From: Gammaproteobacteria bacterium
GTDB lineage: Bacteria; Pseudomonadota; Gammaproteobacteria; JBCCGL01
Direction of reading: 5' to 3'
Assembly (NCBI GenBank): GCA_965277715.1
Contig: OZ255836.1
Location: forward strand, 3,616,001 to 3,680,000
Length of the DNA stretch: 64,000 bases
In this document: in pieces, positions 52,138 to 62,455 of the stretch
How positions within the stretch are numbered: position 1 is the first letter of the stretch
Layout of the letters: each line of letters begins with the position of its first letter
Program-made: the position numbers and the translations under genes
Notes under the pieces: model-generated
Databases searched by the model: none
The model's input: the letters and a program-made list of their open reading frames with translations, nothing else
Told to the model about the DNA's origin: nothing

Positions 52138-53961
52138 TCAGGCAATAAAACCACCCGATTGTCGCCGCCATAATTCTGCATAGAGTCCCTCTGTATTTGC
52201 AAGTGCCTGGTGTGTACCCTGCTGGATGATTTTTCCCTGTTCGATGACGATCAGTCGATCGAGTGCAGAAATTGTCGATAGCCGGTGGGCAATGGCGATA
52301 ACGGTCTTGCCTTGCATCAATTGCATTAAATTTTCCTGAATGGCGGCTTCGACCTCTGAATCCAGCGCGGAGGTGGCTTCATCCAGCACCAGGATCGGTG
52401 CATCTTTCAAAAACATGCGGGCAATGGCGATACGTTGACGCTGGCCACCGGATAATTTGACACCACGCTCGCCAACGTGGGCGTCATAACCTGCCCGACC
52501 ACTCATATCGCCAAGGCCGGGAATAAAGGTGTGGGCATTGGCGCGCCTGGCGGCCTCGATAATTTGCTCACGTGTCGCCTGTTGTTTACCGTAGGCGATA
52601 TTATCGGCGACTGAGCGGTGCAGCAGAGAGGTATCCTGGGTGACTACACCGATATTGGCACGCAATGAGTCCTGGCTGATATGTGCAATATCCTGCCCAT
52701 CGATCAGTATTCTGCCGCCTTCAAGATCGAACAGGCGCAGCAGCACGTTCATTAATGTGGTTTTACCCGAGCCTGAACGCCCGACAATACCCACTTTTTC
52801 ACCGGGCCTGATGTCGAGACTTAAATCATCGATAACCCCGCCCTGTTTGCCGTAATGGAAACGGATGTTTTCAAAGGTAATACGGCCCTGGGTTACTTTG
52901 AGGTCGCTGGCGTTATCAATATCGGTGACGGTTTGTACCTTGGCGAGGGTGCCCATGCCATCCCGGGCCATGCCGAGGTTTTCAAATAAGGCAGACATTT
53001 CCCACATAATCCAATGCGCCATACCCTGCAACCGCAGTACCAGACCAATGGCCACGGCAATACCCCCTATACTGGCCACGCCGTTTATCCATGAGGCTAT
53101 CGCCGCGAAGCCAACGCCAAACAGGAGCAGTTGGTTGAGTATATCGACAGAGACGCCCAGCTGGGTCGACAGACGCATCATGCGGTGTACCGTGAGCATA
53201 AACCCCTCCATGCTGTCTTTTGCGTAGCGCTCTTCACGCCCGGCGTGGGCGAACAGCTTTACCGTCATAATATTGGTATAACTATCGACTACACGACCTG
53301 TCATGGTGGAGCGCGCTTCAGCTTGCTCGGCGGATACTTTGCCCAGGCGCGGCAGAAAATAACAGAGCAGCAGGCTGTACATTATCAGCCAGGCAAAAAA
53401 GGGCAATGTCATCCAGAAGTCGAAGGTGCCTACTAAGATCAACGCACCAATAAAATAAACACCGACGTAAACCAACACATCGATCACCTTCATAATTGCT
53501 TCGCGCACGCCGAGCGCGGTTTGCATCACTTTGGTCGCAACGCGCCCTGCGAATTCATCCTGGTAAAAGCCAAAGCTTTGACGCAATAGGTAGCGATGCG
53601 CCAGCCAGCGAATACGCATTGGGTAGTTGCCGATAACGGTTTGATGCATTATCAGCGAATGCAGTGCCGCCACCAGTGGTAATGCCAACAACACGACAGC
53701 GCTTATCCCGATTAATTTGTCACCTTCTTTTTCAAGGAAGGTGTTTCTATCGGCGTCACCTAACCAATCGACAAGGCTGCCGAGAAAACCAAATAGCGCC
53801 ACTTCCAGCGCAGAAAAAGTGGCTACCAGAAATGCCATGGCAAATAACCACGGCCACACTCCCTGGGTGTAGTGTGAACAGAATGCGAAGAGTGTTGCCG
53901 GTGGGCGCGTTGGCGTTTGTGCTGGAAAGGGCGCCAGCAATTTTTCAAAGAAGGCGAACAT
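52138..53961 (-). CDS. ABC exporter, fused permease/ATPase (multidrug-type)
   Basis: N-terminal TMD; GRSGSGKT, LSGGQRQR and LDEATSALD motifs. Confidence 0.93.
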   Translation of the reverse strand: MFAFFEKLLAPFPAQTPTRPPATLFAFCSHYTQGVWPWLFAMAFLVATFSALEVALFGFLGSLVDWLGDADRNTFLEKEGDKLIGISAVVLLALPLVAALHSLIMHQTVIGNYPMRIRWLAHRYLLRQSFGFYQDEFAGRVATKVMQTALGVREAIMKVIDVLVYVGVYFIGALILVGTFDFWMTLPFFAWLIMYSLLLCYFLPRLGKVSAEQAEARSTMTGRVVDSYTNIMTVKLFAHAGREERYAKDSMEGFMLTVHRMMRLSTQLGVSVDILNQLLLFGVGFAAIASWINGVASIGGIAVAIGLVLRLQGMAHWIMWEMSALFENLGMARDGMGTLAKVQTVTDIDNASDLKVTQGRITFENIRFHYGKQGGVIDDLSLDIRPGEKVGIVGRSGSGKTTLMNVLLRLFDLEGGRILIDGQDIAHISQDSLRANIGVVTQDTSLLHRSVADNIAYGKQQATREQIIEAARRANAHTFIPGLGDMSGRAGYDAHVGERGVKLSGGQRQRIAIARMFLKDAPILVLDEATSALDSEVEAAIQENLMQLMQGKTVIAIAHRLSTISALDRLIVIEQGKIIQQGTHQALANTEGLYAELWRRQSGGFIA

Positions 53962-53981
53962 GTTACAGATCCTTAAAGTTG

Positions 53982-54743
53982 CTATTGTTTTAAACGGTAG
54001 CCCGTTTTAAACATCCACCATACCAACATCAGGCAGGCGAGGAGAAACAGCGCAATCACTGTTAAGCTCAGGCCCACACTCACATCGGCTACACCAAAAA
54101 AGCTCCAGCGAAACCCACTGATAAGGTAAACCACCGGGTTGAATAAGGTCACCGTCTGCCACACAGGCGGCAACATACTGACGGAATAAAAACTACCGCC
54201 GAGAAATACCAGTGGTGTAATAATAAGCAGGGGAATCAGTTGTAACTTTTCAAAATTATCTGCCCATATGCCAATAATAAAACCAAACAGTGAAAATGAA
54301 ATGCAGGTCAGTAGCAGAAACGCCAACATCCAGACCGGGTGGGCGATCTCCAGCGGTACAAACAAACCGGCGGTGGCCAGAATAATGGTACCAAGAATGA
54401 GCGATTTGGTCGCTGCCGCGCCGACATAACCCAGTACCACTTCAAGAAATGAAATCGGCGCGGACATTACTTCATAAATAGTGCCGGTAAACTTTGGGAA
54501 GAAAATGCCAAACGAGGCATTGGCGATACTCTGGGTTAACAGTGACAGCATCATCAACCCTGGCACTATAAACGAACCATAGGGGACACCATCCACCTGC
54601 TCAATGCGTGAACCAATCGCCGCGCCAAACACGACAAAATACAGCGATGTCGAAATAACCGGTGATGCGATACTCTGCATCAGCGTATTCCAGGTGCGCA
54701 GCATCTCGAATTTGTAGATAACCCGGACAGCTTGAAAATTCAT
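53982..54743 (-). CDS. ABC-2 permease (YadH-like)
   Basis: [21 protein letters not shown] and [11 protein letters not shown] motifs; start taken at MNFQAV. Confidence 0.92.
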   Translation of the reverse strand: MNFQAVRVIYKFEMLRTWNTLMQSIASPVISTSLYFVVFGAAIGSRIEQVDGVPYGSFIVPGLMMLSLLTQSIANASFGIFFPKFTGTIYEVMSAPISFLEVVLGYVGAAATKSLILGTIILATAGLFVPLEIAHPVWMLAFLLLTCISFSLFGFIIGIWADNFEKLQLIPLLIITPLVFLGGSFYSVSMLPPVWQTVTLFNPVVYLISGFRWSFFGVADVSVGLSLTVIALFLLACLMLVWWMFKTGYRLKQ

Positions 54744-54759
54744 TGTGTGATGGCATCCA

Positions 54760-55683
54760 TTAGTGGGTGTTGACCAGATCGACAAAAATATCTTCCAGCG
54801 AACTTTGTGTGGTGTGCAGATCCTTTAATGTTAACCCCGCTGATCTTATTTGTTGTAACACCTCGGTAATGCCGGTGCGTTCGCTTTTTATATCGTAGGT
54901 ATAAGTAAGGCAGTGGCCATTGGCTGATAAGACTAAATCACATCCGGTGAGGGATGCCGGTAATGCATTCAGTGAATCCCGCAGTTCAATGGTCAATTGC
55001 TTTTTGCCGAGTTTTTGTACCAGTGCCGCCTTGTCTTCCACCAGTAGTAACTCCCCTTTGCTCATAACACCGACCCGGTCGGCAATCGCCTCGGCCTCTT
55101 CAATATAGTGCGTGGTGAGAATGATGGTGACCCCGGATTCACGCAGGCGGCTAACGATTTCCCACATATCCTTGCGCAACTCAACATCGACCCCAGCGGT
55201 TGGCTCATCGAGAAACAATACACTTGGTTCGTGCGAGAGCGCCTTGGCAATCAGCACGCGGCGTTTCATGCCGCCGGAGAGTGCGCGTATTTCACTATTT
55301 TTTTTATCGTACAGTGATAAATCTTTAAGCAATTGGTCGATATATCCGGGGTTGGGTTTTTTGCCAAACAGGCCACGGCTAAAGCTCACAGTATTGTGCA
55401 CTTTATCGAAGGTGCCGAGAGTCAGTTCCTGGGGGACTAAACCAATCCTGTCACGGGTAATTCGGTAATCGCTAATGATATCGTGACCACAGACACTCAC
55501 CGATCCGGTGCTTGGGGAAACGATGCCGCAAATAATCGAAATCAATGTGGTTTTACCCGCGCCATTGGGGCCGAGCAACGCGAGAATTTCACCGGGGGCA
55601 ATATCGAGATTGACCGTCTTGAGCGCCGGGTGACCGCTTGAATAAGTCTTGGACAGGTTTTTTATTGAGATTATTGGATCCAT
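54760..55683 (-). CDS. ABC transporter ATP-binding protein (YadG-like)
   Basis: [16 protein letters not shown] and DEPTAGVD motifs. Confidence 0.93.
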   Translation of the reverse strand: MDPIISIKNLSKTYSSGHPALKTVNLDIAPGEILALLGPNGAGKTTLISIICGIVSPSTGSVSVCGHDIISDYRITRDRIGLVPQELTLGTFDKVHNTVSFSRGLFGKKPNPGYIDQLLKDLSLYDKKNSEIRALSGGMKRRVLIAKALSHEPSVLFLDEPTAGVDVELRKDMWEIVSRLRESGVTIILTTHYIEEAEAIADRVGVMSKGELLLVEDKAALVQKLGKKQLTIELRDSLNALPASLTGCDLVLSANGHCLTYTYDIKSERTGITEVLQQIRSAGLTLKDLHTTQSSLEDIFVDLVNTH

Positions 55684-55897
55684 TAGGGAATTCTACTACA
55701 GCGTGGGGTGCCGCTTATATGTGTTTTCAGCGATAGCGCTACGCGTAGCGCGCAATAGTTGGGTAAAATCCCAGTACACCATCTACCTTATGATTGCGTA
55801 AAAACACCTTGCTCTGGCACGCTTGTGGGCTAACTGAACCCGACAATATAAAGTAGGCGGTGTACTGGCTTATAACGATTTATTATTTAATGGGGCG

Positions 55898-56341
55898 ATG
55901 ACTGTGCAACAACTTGACTGTCTGTCTGGTTTGGAAATTCTTCAGGGTATCGTCTGTGGTGATATTCCCCACCCCTCGATTGCAGCGACTATTCCAATGA
56001 AATTCGTCCTCGCCGAGCGGGGCAGGGTGGTGTTTGAAGCAATGGCGACAGCGCAGCACCTAAATCCTATGGGGGGGACACATGGCGGTTTTGCCTCGAC
56101 AGTAATGGACTCAGTGACAGGTTGTGCAGTACACACGATGCTGGAAGCGGGGGTGCCCTATGGCACTATTGAACTCAATGTAAAAATGGTACGGCCCGTG
56201 CCACGGGATACCCTGCTTATCGCCGAAGGTAAAATAATCAATATTTCCAAATCGCTGGGGGTTTCTGAGGGCACATTGAAAGATTCGGCGGGCAAGCTTT
56301 ATGCGCATGCAAGTTCAACGTGTATGATTATCAGGCGATAA
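55898..56341 (+). CDS. PaaI family thioesterase
   Basis: HLNPMGGTHGG..D hotdog-fold motif. Confidence 0.92.
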   Translation: MTVQQLDCLSGLEILQGIVCGDIPHPSIAATIPMKFVLAERGRVVFEAMATAQHLNPMGGTHGGFASTVMDSVTGCAVHTMLEAGVPYGTIELNVKMVRPVPRDTLLIAEGKIINISKSLGVSEGTLKDSAGKLYAHASSTCMIIRR

Positions 56342-56394
56342 CCCTTTTCAACCTAGACTGGACATCATGTATTTACTTGTGTGCAAGTTAATAC

Positions 56395-57282
56395 GTGGGG
56401 TCTGGACACACCGGATTAAACGTGGATAACTCACCCACAAATTACAAGGTAAAAACCGGCTGCTTTTTGACGGTATTGCTGGTCGCTGTCGTGTTACTCG
56501 GTTTTACACAACAACTCGATCAGCGTGCAGGTAAACCCGTCGATGACGCTTTTGAGCGGGCGCTGGTCACCTTTGCCGTGGTGCGCAGTATTAATGCGGT
56601 TGTATCGGTTGTGCAGGGTACAGAGTTGGCTATTGAGCCAGCCGGGGTTGGTGTCATTCTGACACCAGGGCAGATATTTGATCCGGTTAATGACCTTATT
56701 GAGCGATTTTCCTGGATTATGCTGGCGGCGAGCACTTCATTGGGTGCGCAAAAAGTGTTGATAGCGATCGGTGCTGCGTCGGTTTTTCAGGCGGCGTTAA
56801 TGGTGGCGGCGATGCTGTTGTTGGTATTGATTTGGCGTCCGGGCTGGTTAAGTGGCCGCTGGCGGGGCATTGCGTTACGGCTGGCGGTGTTGATTGTGTT
56901 TGTGCGTTTTGCCGTGCCGGTGATAGTGCTGGCTAACCAGGCGGTATACGATGCCTTTCTGGCGGATCGTTACCAGGTGTCTTATACGGCACTCGAAGTC
57001 ACACGTGACGAGGCCGAAGCGCTTCAGCAGGCGGAAAAAGACCCGGCTACCAGTGCGCAGAATAAGGGGCTGCTGGGTCGACTTGGGCACTGGTATGACC
57101 GTACAGCATTGCGCTTTGATGTCGATGCGCGTATTGACCGTTACAAACAGCAGTTTGCCCAGGCCAGTGAGCATATTATCCATTTGATTGTGGTGTTTAT
57201 GTTGCAAACTGTGGTGTTTCCATTGTTGTTTTTGTGGCTTGGGTTGCGTTTGTTGCGTAGTGTTGTGAGGGGTGGTGTTTGA
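56395..57282 (+). CDS. Hypothetical membrane protein
   Basis: Long ORF with several TM segments; DPVNDLIERFS segment; start uncertain. Confidence 0.7.
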   Translation: MGSGHTGLNVDNSPTNYKVKTGCFLTVLLVAVVLLGFTQQLDQRAGKPVDDAFERALVTFAVVRSINAVVSVVQGTELAIEPAGVGVILTPGQIFDPVNDLIERFSWIMLAASTSLGAQKVLIAIGAASVFQAALMVAAMLLLVLIWRPGWLSGRWRGIALRLAVLIVFVRFAVPVIVLANQAVYDAFLADRYQVSYTALEVTRDEAEALQQAEKDPATSAQNKGLLGRLGHWYDRTALRFDVDARIDRYKQQFAQASEHIIHLIVVFMLQTVVFPLLFLWLGLRLLRSVVRGGV

Positions 57283-57307
57283 AGCGAGTGTCTGTAAAGG
57301 TGGAAAA

Positions 57308-57580
57308 ATAAAAATAGCGATTACAGCGGCCAGCGGCCAGTGGCCAATTAGGATCAGCAATATTCAAAGCCACCGCTGCTTTGCTATCAACTGAAAATGT
57401 TATCGGGTTGGCGAGAACACCCGATAAAGTAAAGCATCCAGGTGTTGAAATAAGCCCCGGAGATTACAGGGTATTCGAGAGGGAAAAGCGAATTATCCCA
57501 GTCATTTTTATACGGCAACAGGTAGGGAACATGAAAGTTGGCAAGCTTATTTTGAAAACATTAAATCAAGCGGGCAGTAG
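57308..57580 (+). pseudogene. Decayed NAD(P)H-binding (NmrA/YtfG-like) oxidoreductase gene
   Basis: ATA where ATG is expected; KIAITAASGQ|LGSAIFKAT..GLARTPDK..GVEISPGDY broken by a 7-bp duplication, then joined to a C-terminus-like GIREG..TGREHESWQAYF..*. Confidence 0.7.
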
Positions 57581-57623
57581 AGAAGTATATTTTTCGAGCG
57601 TCTGTGAGTTCAACGTAGAGCAG

Positions 57624-57681
57624 TCCTGAATTCGACAAACTCCTGCAACGTAGTGGATTCAACGGATTAATTTAGGTTTAA
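57624..57681. repeat. Degenerate third copy of the MITE-like repeat
   Basis: GTAGTGGATTCAACGGATTAATTTAGGTTTAA (57650-57681) matches 14940-14971 at 27/32; weak opposite arm TCCTGAATTC. Confidence 0.6.
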
Positions 57682-57729
57682 TACGGAACCTGTCCAGTCG
57701 TTTTTCTTCTGAATAATCAGGAAACAATT

Positions 57730-58719
57730 ATGCGCCCATCCCCCGTATCCGCCACTGTCGATTTTGAACGGGACGGTATCCAGCACGGCTTTCTAAAACT
57801 ACCCTGCTCCAGAGACGAATCCGCCTGGGGCGCGATTATGACGCCGATCAGCGTTATCAAGCGGGGCGATGGCCCCACCGCAATTCTCACTGGCGCCAAT
57901 CATGGGGATGAATACGAAGGCCCGGTGGCGTTGGTCAAGCTGGCCAATACCCTACAGCCTGAGGTGATCTGTGGTCGCGTTATTATCGTGCCATTTTTCA
58001 ATTACCCCGCGTTTAAAGCGGGGAAGCGTACCTCGCCATTGGATGGCGGCAATATGAATCGGGTATTCCCCGGCAGGCCAGACGGTACGGCCACGGAAAA
58101 AATGGCGGATTATTTTACCCGGCACTTATTGCCGATAAGCGATTTTGTGCTGGATATCCACGCCGGGGGCAAAACGCTCGATTTTGTGCCGTTTGCCGCC
58201 GCGCATATCCTTGACGATAAGCAACAGCAGGCGCAGTGTGTCGCCGCAATGCAGGCTTTTGGTGCGCCCTATAGCATGATGCTGCTGGAGATCGATGCGG
58301 TGGGTATGTATGACACAGCCGCCGAGTCGCTGGGTAAAGTGTTCCTTTCCACTGAGTTGGGCGGGGGGGGTAGCTCCACTGCCAGTAGCAATGAGATTGC
58401 CGAAACCGGGGTGCATAACTTCTTGGTGCACGCGGGTATCAGGCAGGGTGAAATCCTGCCACGTGACAGTGTGTTGTTGGATATGCCTGGTGATCAGTGT
58501 TTTATTACCAGTGAGCATGATGGTTTGTTGGAGATGTGCTGTGCGCTGGGGGAGAGGGTGATGCAGGGCGATGTGGTTGCTCGCATTTACGATACAACGC
58601 GTACTGGAGTTGCGCCGGTAGAGTATTGCGCTGGGTTGGATGGTATATTGGCGCAGCGACATTTTCCGGGGTTAATTGCTTGCGGTGATGCGTTGGCAGT
58701 GGTTGCCGTGCCGGGGTAG
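57730..58719 (+). CDS. doeB: N-alpha-acetyl-diaminobutyrate deacetylase (ectoine catabolism)
   Basis: QHGFLKLP.S..ESAWG, GANHGDEYEG, LDIHAGGKTLDFVPF and STELGGGG motifs. Confidence 0.88.
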   Translation: MRPSPVSATVDFERDGIQHGFLKLPCSRDESAWGAIMTPISVIKRGDGPTAILTGANHGDEYEGPVALVKLANTLQPEVICGRVIIVPFFNYPAFKAGKRTSPLDGGNMNRVFPGRPDGTATEKMADYFTRHLLPISDFVLDIHAGGKTLDFVPFAAAHILDDKQQQAQCVAAMQAFGAPYSMMLLEIDAVGMYDTAAESLGKVFLSTELGGGGSSTASSNEIAETGVHNFLVHAGIRQGEILPRDSVLLDMPGDQCFITSEHDGLLEMCCALGERVMQGDVVARIYDTTRTGVAPVEYCAGLDGILAQRHFPGLIACGDALAVVAVPG

Positions 58720-58827
58720 TGCTCTGTCTCCTGTATCCCTACCGATGTGCTCAAGCCCCCTTGCCTAAGTTTTGTCGGCAGAAAATAACCAAAAATTCGC
58801 TTATGCTAATTAATTCAAAATTGTAGA

Positions 58828-59535
58828 GTGAAATCAATGGATAACACCGCGAATGATTTGGGTAGGTTAAGTGATGTAAAAGCACTGCGTACTATTTTTA
58901 ACCCGCAGGGTTTGCGGCTGGTGGATGTCGGCTGTGGTGATGGCACGCTGGCGCGCAAGTTGGCGTATGTTGGGGCTACAGTTGTCGGTGTCGAGCCGGA
59001 TGCGGTTCAGGCGCAAAAGAATGCTCAGGCAGTGCCAACCGCTAATGTCACTTTTTTTGAAGCCCGCGCCAAGCATATTCCCGTTGATGATGCTTCGGTT
59101 GACGGTGTTATTTTTAGCCTTTCGTTACATCATGTACCGCGTGAGGAAATGCAGGCATCGCTTGAAGATGCCCGGCGGGTGATCAGGCCCGGCGGTTTTC
59201 TGGCCGTTGTTGAGCCACTGCCTGAAGGCTCGTATAACGATGCAATTCAACTGTTTCACGATGAAACGGAAGTGCGCCAATACGCAGTTGAAGCGCTGAC
59301 ACACTACGCCCGCCCACTGTTTACCCACTGGCAACACTATTTCTACACCACTGAAACGCGTTATGGCAGCTTTGACGATTTTGCTGATCGCTATGCCTCG
59401 ATCACCTACAGTGAATTTGATCCTGCTATTGTTAGATCAGATGCTGTGCGTGAGCGGTTTGAGGCGAGCAGCGATGGTGAGGGGTATTTGTTACTGCAAC
59501 CTATGCGGGTCGATTTTTATACCGACCCTCACTAA
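58828..59535 (+). CDS. Class I SAM-dependent methyltransferase
   Basis: VDVGCGDG, SLHHVP and RVIRPGG motifs. Confidence 0.9.
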   Translation: MKSMDNTANDLGRLSDVKALRTIFNPQGLRLVDVGCGDGTLARKLAYVGATVVGVEPDAVQAQKNAQAVPTANVTFFEARAKHIPVDDASVDGVIFSLSLHHVPREEMQASLEDARRVIRPGGFLAVVEPLPEGSYNDAIQLFHDETEVRQYAVEALTHYARPLFTHWQHYFYTTETRYGSFDDFADRYASITYSEFDPAIVRSDAVRERFEASSDGEGYLLLQPMRVDFYTDPH

Positions 59536-59549
59536 AGCAAGGTAAGCGC

Positions 59550-60173
59550 ATGGCATTTGAGCTTTGGCTGGCTTATGCCATCGCCGCGACAATTATTATT
59601 GTGATCCCCGGGCCGACCATTTTGCTCGTTATCACCCAATCGTTAATTCACGGTAAAGCGGCCACTCTGCCGTTGGTGTTGGGGGTGATGTTAGGTGATG
59701 CGCTGGCACTGCTTCTGTCGCTGTTTGGGTTGGGTGCGATACTCGCCACCTCGGCATTTTTCTTTACCATTATTAAATGGGTAGGGGCGGGGTATCTTGT
59801 TTACCTGGGCATCAGTCTTTGGCGTAGCCCCAGTGTAATTGTCACCAGCGACGAGACGGTTGAGTACAAAGGTGCCTTTTCCCTGTTTATGCGTGTTTTT
59901 ATCGTGACAACGTTTAATCCAAAGGGGATTGTTTTCTTTATCGCCTTTTTGCCGCAGTTTGTCGATCCCGCGCTCGATGTTGTAGCGCAATTGGCGTTGC
60001 TCGGCGTCACCTTTGTCGTTATCGGTACGTTGAATGCGGCGATGTACGCTATTTTTTCAGGTGCCCTAAAACGCTTTCTGCAACGTGAAAAAGCCCGGCG
60101 GTGGTTTAATCGTTGCGGTGGAACGGCTCTGGTTGGTGCGGGTGTGTTTACTGCTGTGGCGCAGCGAGCTTAA
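59550..60173 (+). CDS. LysE/RhtB family translocator
   Basis: PGP, KWVGAGYLVYLG and NPK..FF.AFLPQF motifs. Confidence 0.93.
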   Translation: MAFELWLAYAIAATIIIVIPGPTILLVITQSLIHGKAATLPLVLGVMLGDALALLLSLFGLGAILATSAFFFTIIKWVGAGYLVYLGISLWRSPSVIVTSDETVEYKGAFSLFMRVFIVTTFNPKGIVFFIAFLPQFVDPALDVVAQLALLGVTFVVIGTLNAAMYAIFSGALKRFLQREKARRWFNRCGGTALVGAGVFTAVAQRA

Positions 60174-60174
60174 T

Positions 60175-60197
60175 TAAGGAACGTGCACGAAATAACT
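60175..60197 (+). repeat. 23-bp dispersed repeat, copy 2
   Basis: Identical to the reverse complement of 8471-8493; fills the 26-bp gap between two convergent genes. Confidence 0.8.
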
Positions 60198-60199
60198 CA

Positions 60200-61126
60200 T
60201 CAATTGAACGTTGATGGCGTATTGGTGTAATGCGCAGTGAAACGGTCATAATTGGCGCCAATTAATACCAGCACAATGCCCAAGAAATGCACCCAGGTGA
60301 ATTGCTCCCCCAGAAATAAAACCGCCAATAACGAAGCGATGACCGGGATAAAGTTATAACAGATACCACCCATTGCAGGCCCGCCCAGGCGAATACCCTT
60401 GAGCCATAAAATCCCAGAAAAAATTGAGGGAAACACCGCCACATACGCCAACACACTGACGGTGTTTTGATTGAGCGGCCAACCGTTGCTGCCGGTATAC
60501 ACATCGTAGAGGTAGAACGGCACGATACCAACCCAGCCTATAACGATATTGACGAATAAAAAACCGCGAATAGAAAAGTGCCCCGGCAGGCGTTTTAAAT
60601 ACACAGAATAAAACGCAAATACAATAATCGACGTGAGAATCAAACCATCACCGGGAGTTAGCGAGGCCAGCACACCCACCCCAACCTTACCACCCGCGAC
60701 AATCACCAGCGCCACACCACTCAATGAAACCAGCAGACCAGTCAATTTGTTTTTGCCAATTTTCTCCACGCCGATGATCCACGACAGCAAAAAAATAAAC
60801 ACGGGTAATGATGCGGAAATGATGCCCACCTTGGTCGCACTGATCCACTGCATCGACCAGTATTGAAAGGTGTTGTAGAGGGTGATGCTGAAAAATGCCA
60901 GCAGGCCGATCAACCGCCAGTGTTTGCGGTAAAACGCCCGTTCGCGCCACACAATCGGCAGTGCAAACGGTGCCAGCAATACCCCGGCCAGTGTCCACCG
61001 CCAGAACGACAGTGAAAATGGCGGTATAGTGCTGACAATCGACTTGCCAACCACCGTATTGCCCGCCCAAAACGACACGGCAATTAACAGGCAGAAAAAC
61101 GCCAGCCGTGGATTTGTTGTATTCAC
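60200..61126 (-). CDS. DMT/EamA family transporter
   Basis: FWAGN..GK, PFSLSFWRW and LFLGE motifs. Confidence 0.9.
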   Translation of the reverse strand: MNTTNPRLAFFCLLIAVSFWAGNTVVGKSIVSTIPPFSLSFWRWTLAGVLLAPFALPIVWRERAFYRKHWRLIGLLAFFSITLYNTFQYWSMQWISATKVGIISASLPVFIFLLSWIIGVEKIGKNKLTGLLVSLSGVALVIVAGGKVGVGVLASLTPGDGLILTSIIVFAFYSVYLKRLPGHFSIRGFLFVNIVIGWVGIVPFYLYDVYTGSNGWPLNQNTVSVLAYVAVFPSIFSGILWLKGIRLGGPAMGGICYNFIPVIASLLAVLFLGEQFTWVHFLGIVLVLIGANYDRFTAHYTNTPSTFN

Positions 61127-61157
61127 GGTGTGAAAGAGGGGTGGGCGATTGGATAGT

Positions 61158-61505
61158 TTACTTTGCGGCGACTACGCCCACTTCAACCAGCAGGTCCGGT
61201 GTTGCCAGACGGGCTTCAATACAGGCGCGGGCGGGAGCGTGACCCTCGGGTACCCAGGCGTTCCAGACTTTGTTCATCTCGTCAAAATGCCCGATGTTTG
61301 CCAGCCAGATTTGCGCAGACAGCAAATGTGTTTTATCGCTACCGGCTTCTGCCAGGAGTGCATCGACTTTATCCAGCACCTGCTGGGTTTGTATACTCAC
61401 ATTGGCATTGGGGTCACTGGCAACCTGACCGGCGAGGTAAATCGTATCGCCGTGGATAACTATTTGGCTCATGCGTGCGTTGGTGTGGTGACGGGTGATG
61501 GTCAT
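61158..61505 (-). CDS. RidA (YjgF/YoaB-like) family protein
   Basis: YLAGQV, MNKVWNAW and PARACIEA motifs. Confidence 0.93.
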   Translation of the reverse strand: MTITRHHTNARMSQIVIHGDTIYLAGQVASDPNANVSIQTQQVLDKVDALLAEAGSDKTHLLSAQIWLANIGHFDEMNKVWNAWVPEGHAPARACIEARLATPDLLVEVGVVAAK

Positions 61506-61650
61506 AAGGGGGACTCCAGGGGGGGCGGATTAGAAAACGCATAGACTACAGGGAGTGAGGCAATTTATCGATCCATTCATGTTACGACTAAACAGATAGC
61601 TCACAAGCCGCACCGACATATTTTCATGCCGGGTCAATAACAATGTTCAC

Positions 61651-61680
61651 TTTACCGATTCACGCAATTATTATTATAAT
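61651..61680 (+). promoter_or_regulatory. Putative sigma70 promoter for the lasso-type cluster
   Basis: TTTACC-N18-TATAAT ending 34 bp upstream of the B1 start. Confidence 0.35.
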
Positions 61681-61714
61681 CGTTTAGTTTTTCACCAGTA
61701 TCGTCAAATTAACT

Positions 61715-61987
61715 ATGCTTCCTGGCCACATCAAAATCCCACCCCATGTATTACTCCAGGCTTTTGACGAAGAAACTGAAGCAGTTCTGCTTAATGTAGA
61801 GACCGAACATTACTATAGCTTGAATGAAGTAGCCTTACGGTGCTGGCGTTTGTTGGAGAACGACGGCAGCGTGGCGAACATAACCCAACAGCTACTGGCC
61901 GAATATGAAGTAGAAGAGTCATTATTGCGAGAGGATATCAAAAAAATTATCTCCCATTGGTTGGAAACCGGCCTGGTTGTCAACTGA
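61715..61987 (+). CDS. PqqD family RiPP recognition element (lasso B1/E protein)
   Basis: EAVLLN..YYSLNEVA..W.LL..LLAEYEV..D..GLV pattern; 90 aa. Confidence 0.9.
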   Translation: MLPGHIKIPPHVLLQAFDEETEAVLLNVETEHYYSLNEVALRCWRLLENDGSVANITQQLLAEYEVEESLLREDIKKIISHWLETGLVVN

Positions 61988-62455
61988 ATGTCTGGCGTTG
62001 ATTTGATAAGGGCAAAGTGGCGTGATCTGCAAATTGCCTGTCAGATTCTGTTGGTGTTGCCGTTGGCGGTTTTGTTATTGAAGCTCAGAGGCTTTAAGTC
62101 GGCCTTTCACATCTTCGAGTGGTTGGCCGTCACATGCCCTGGTGGTGGCCATAATGATACGGTTTATATCGACCGCGCCAGCACAGGGATCCGTTGGTTC
62201 AAACGGCATTTCCCCTTGGGCAACTGTCTGTCACGTTCGTTAACGCTGTGGTTTCTGTTGCATCGGCGCAATATCTCCTCCGTAATCATTATCGGCACCA
62301 GAAGAATCAAGGGAGTATTCGCTGCCCATGCCTGGGTGGAATATCAGAACAAACCGTTGAACGCCCACAACAAAGTCAGGCAAAGATACGCCGCCTATGA
62401 TTTTCCATTTTCGCCAGCAAACCTCGTCACTGCTACATGGAAGGAGGATAGATGA
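61988..62455 (+). CDS. Lasso peptide leader peptidase B2 (transglutaminase-like)
   Basis: CLSRS and AHAWVE catalytic motifs; 155 aa; abuts B1. Confidence 0.9.
   Translation: MSGVDLIRAKWRDLQIACQILLVLPLAVLLLKLRGFKSAFHIFEWLAVTCPGGGHNDTVYIDRASTGIRWFKRHFPLGNCLSRSLTLWFLLHRRNISSVIIIGTRRIKGVFAAHAWVEYQNKPLNAHNKVRQRYAAYDFPFSPANLVTATWKEDR

Noticed and set aside
61506-61714. Lasso precursor upstream of B1
   Set aside because: Only very short plus-strand ORFs are present, none with a leader motif or acceptor residue pattern.
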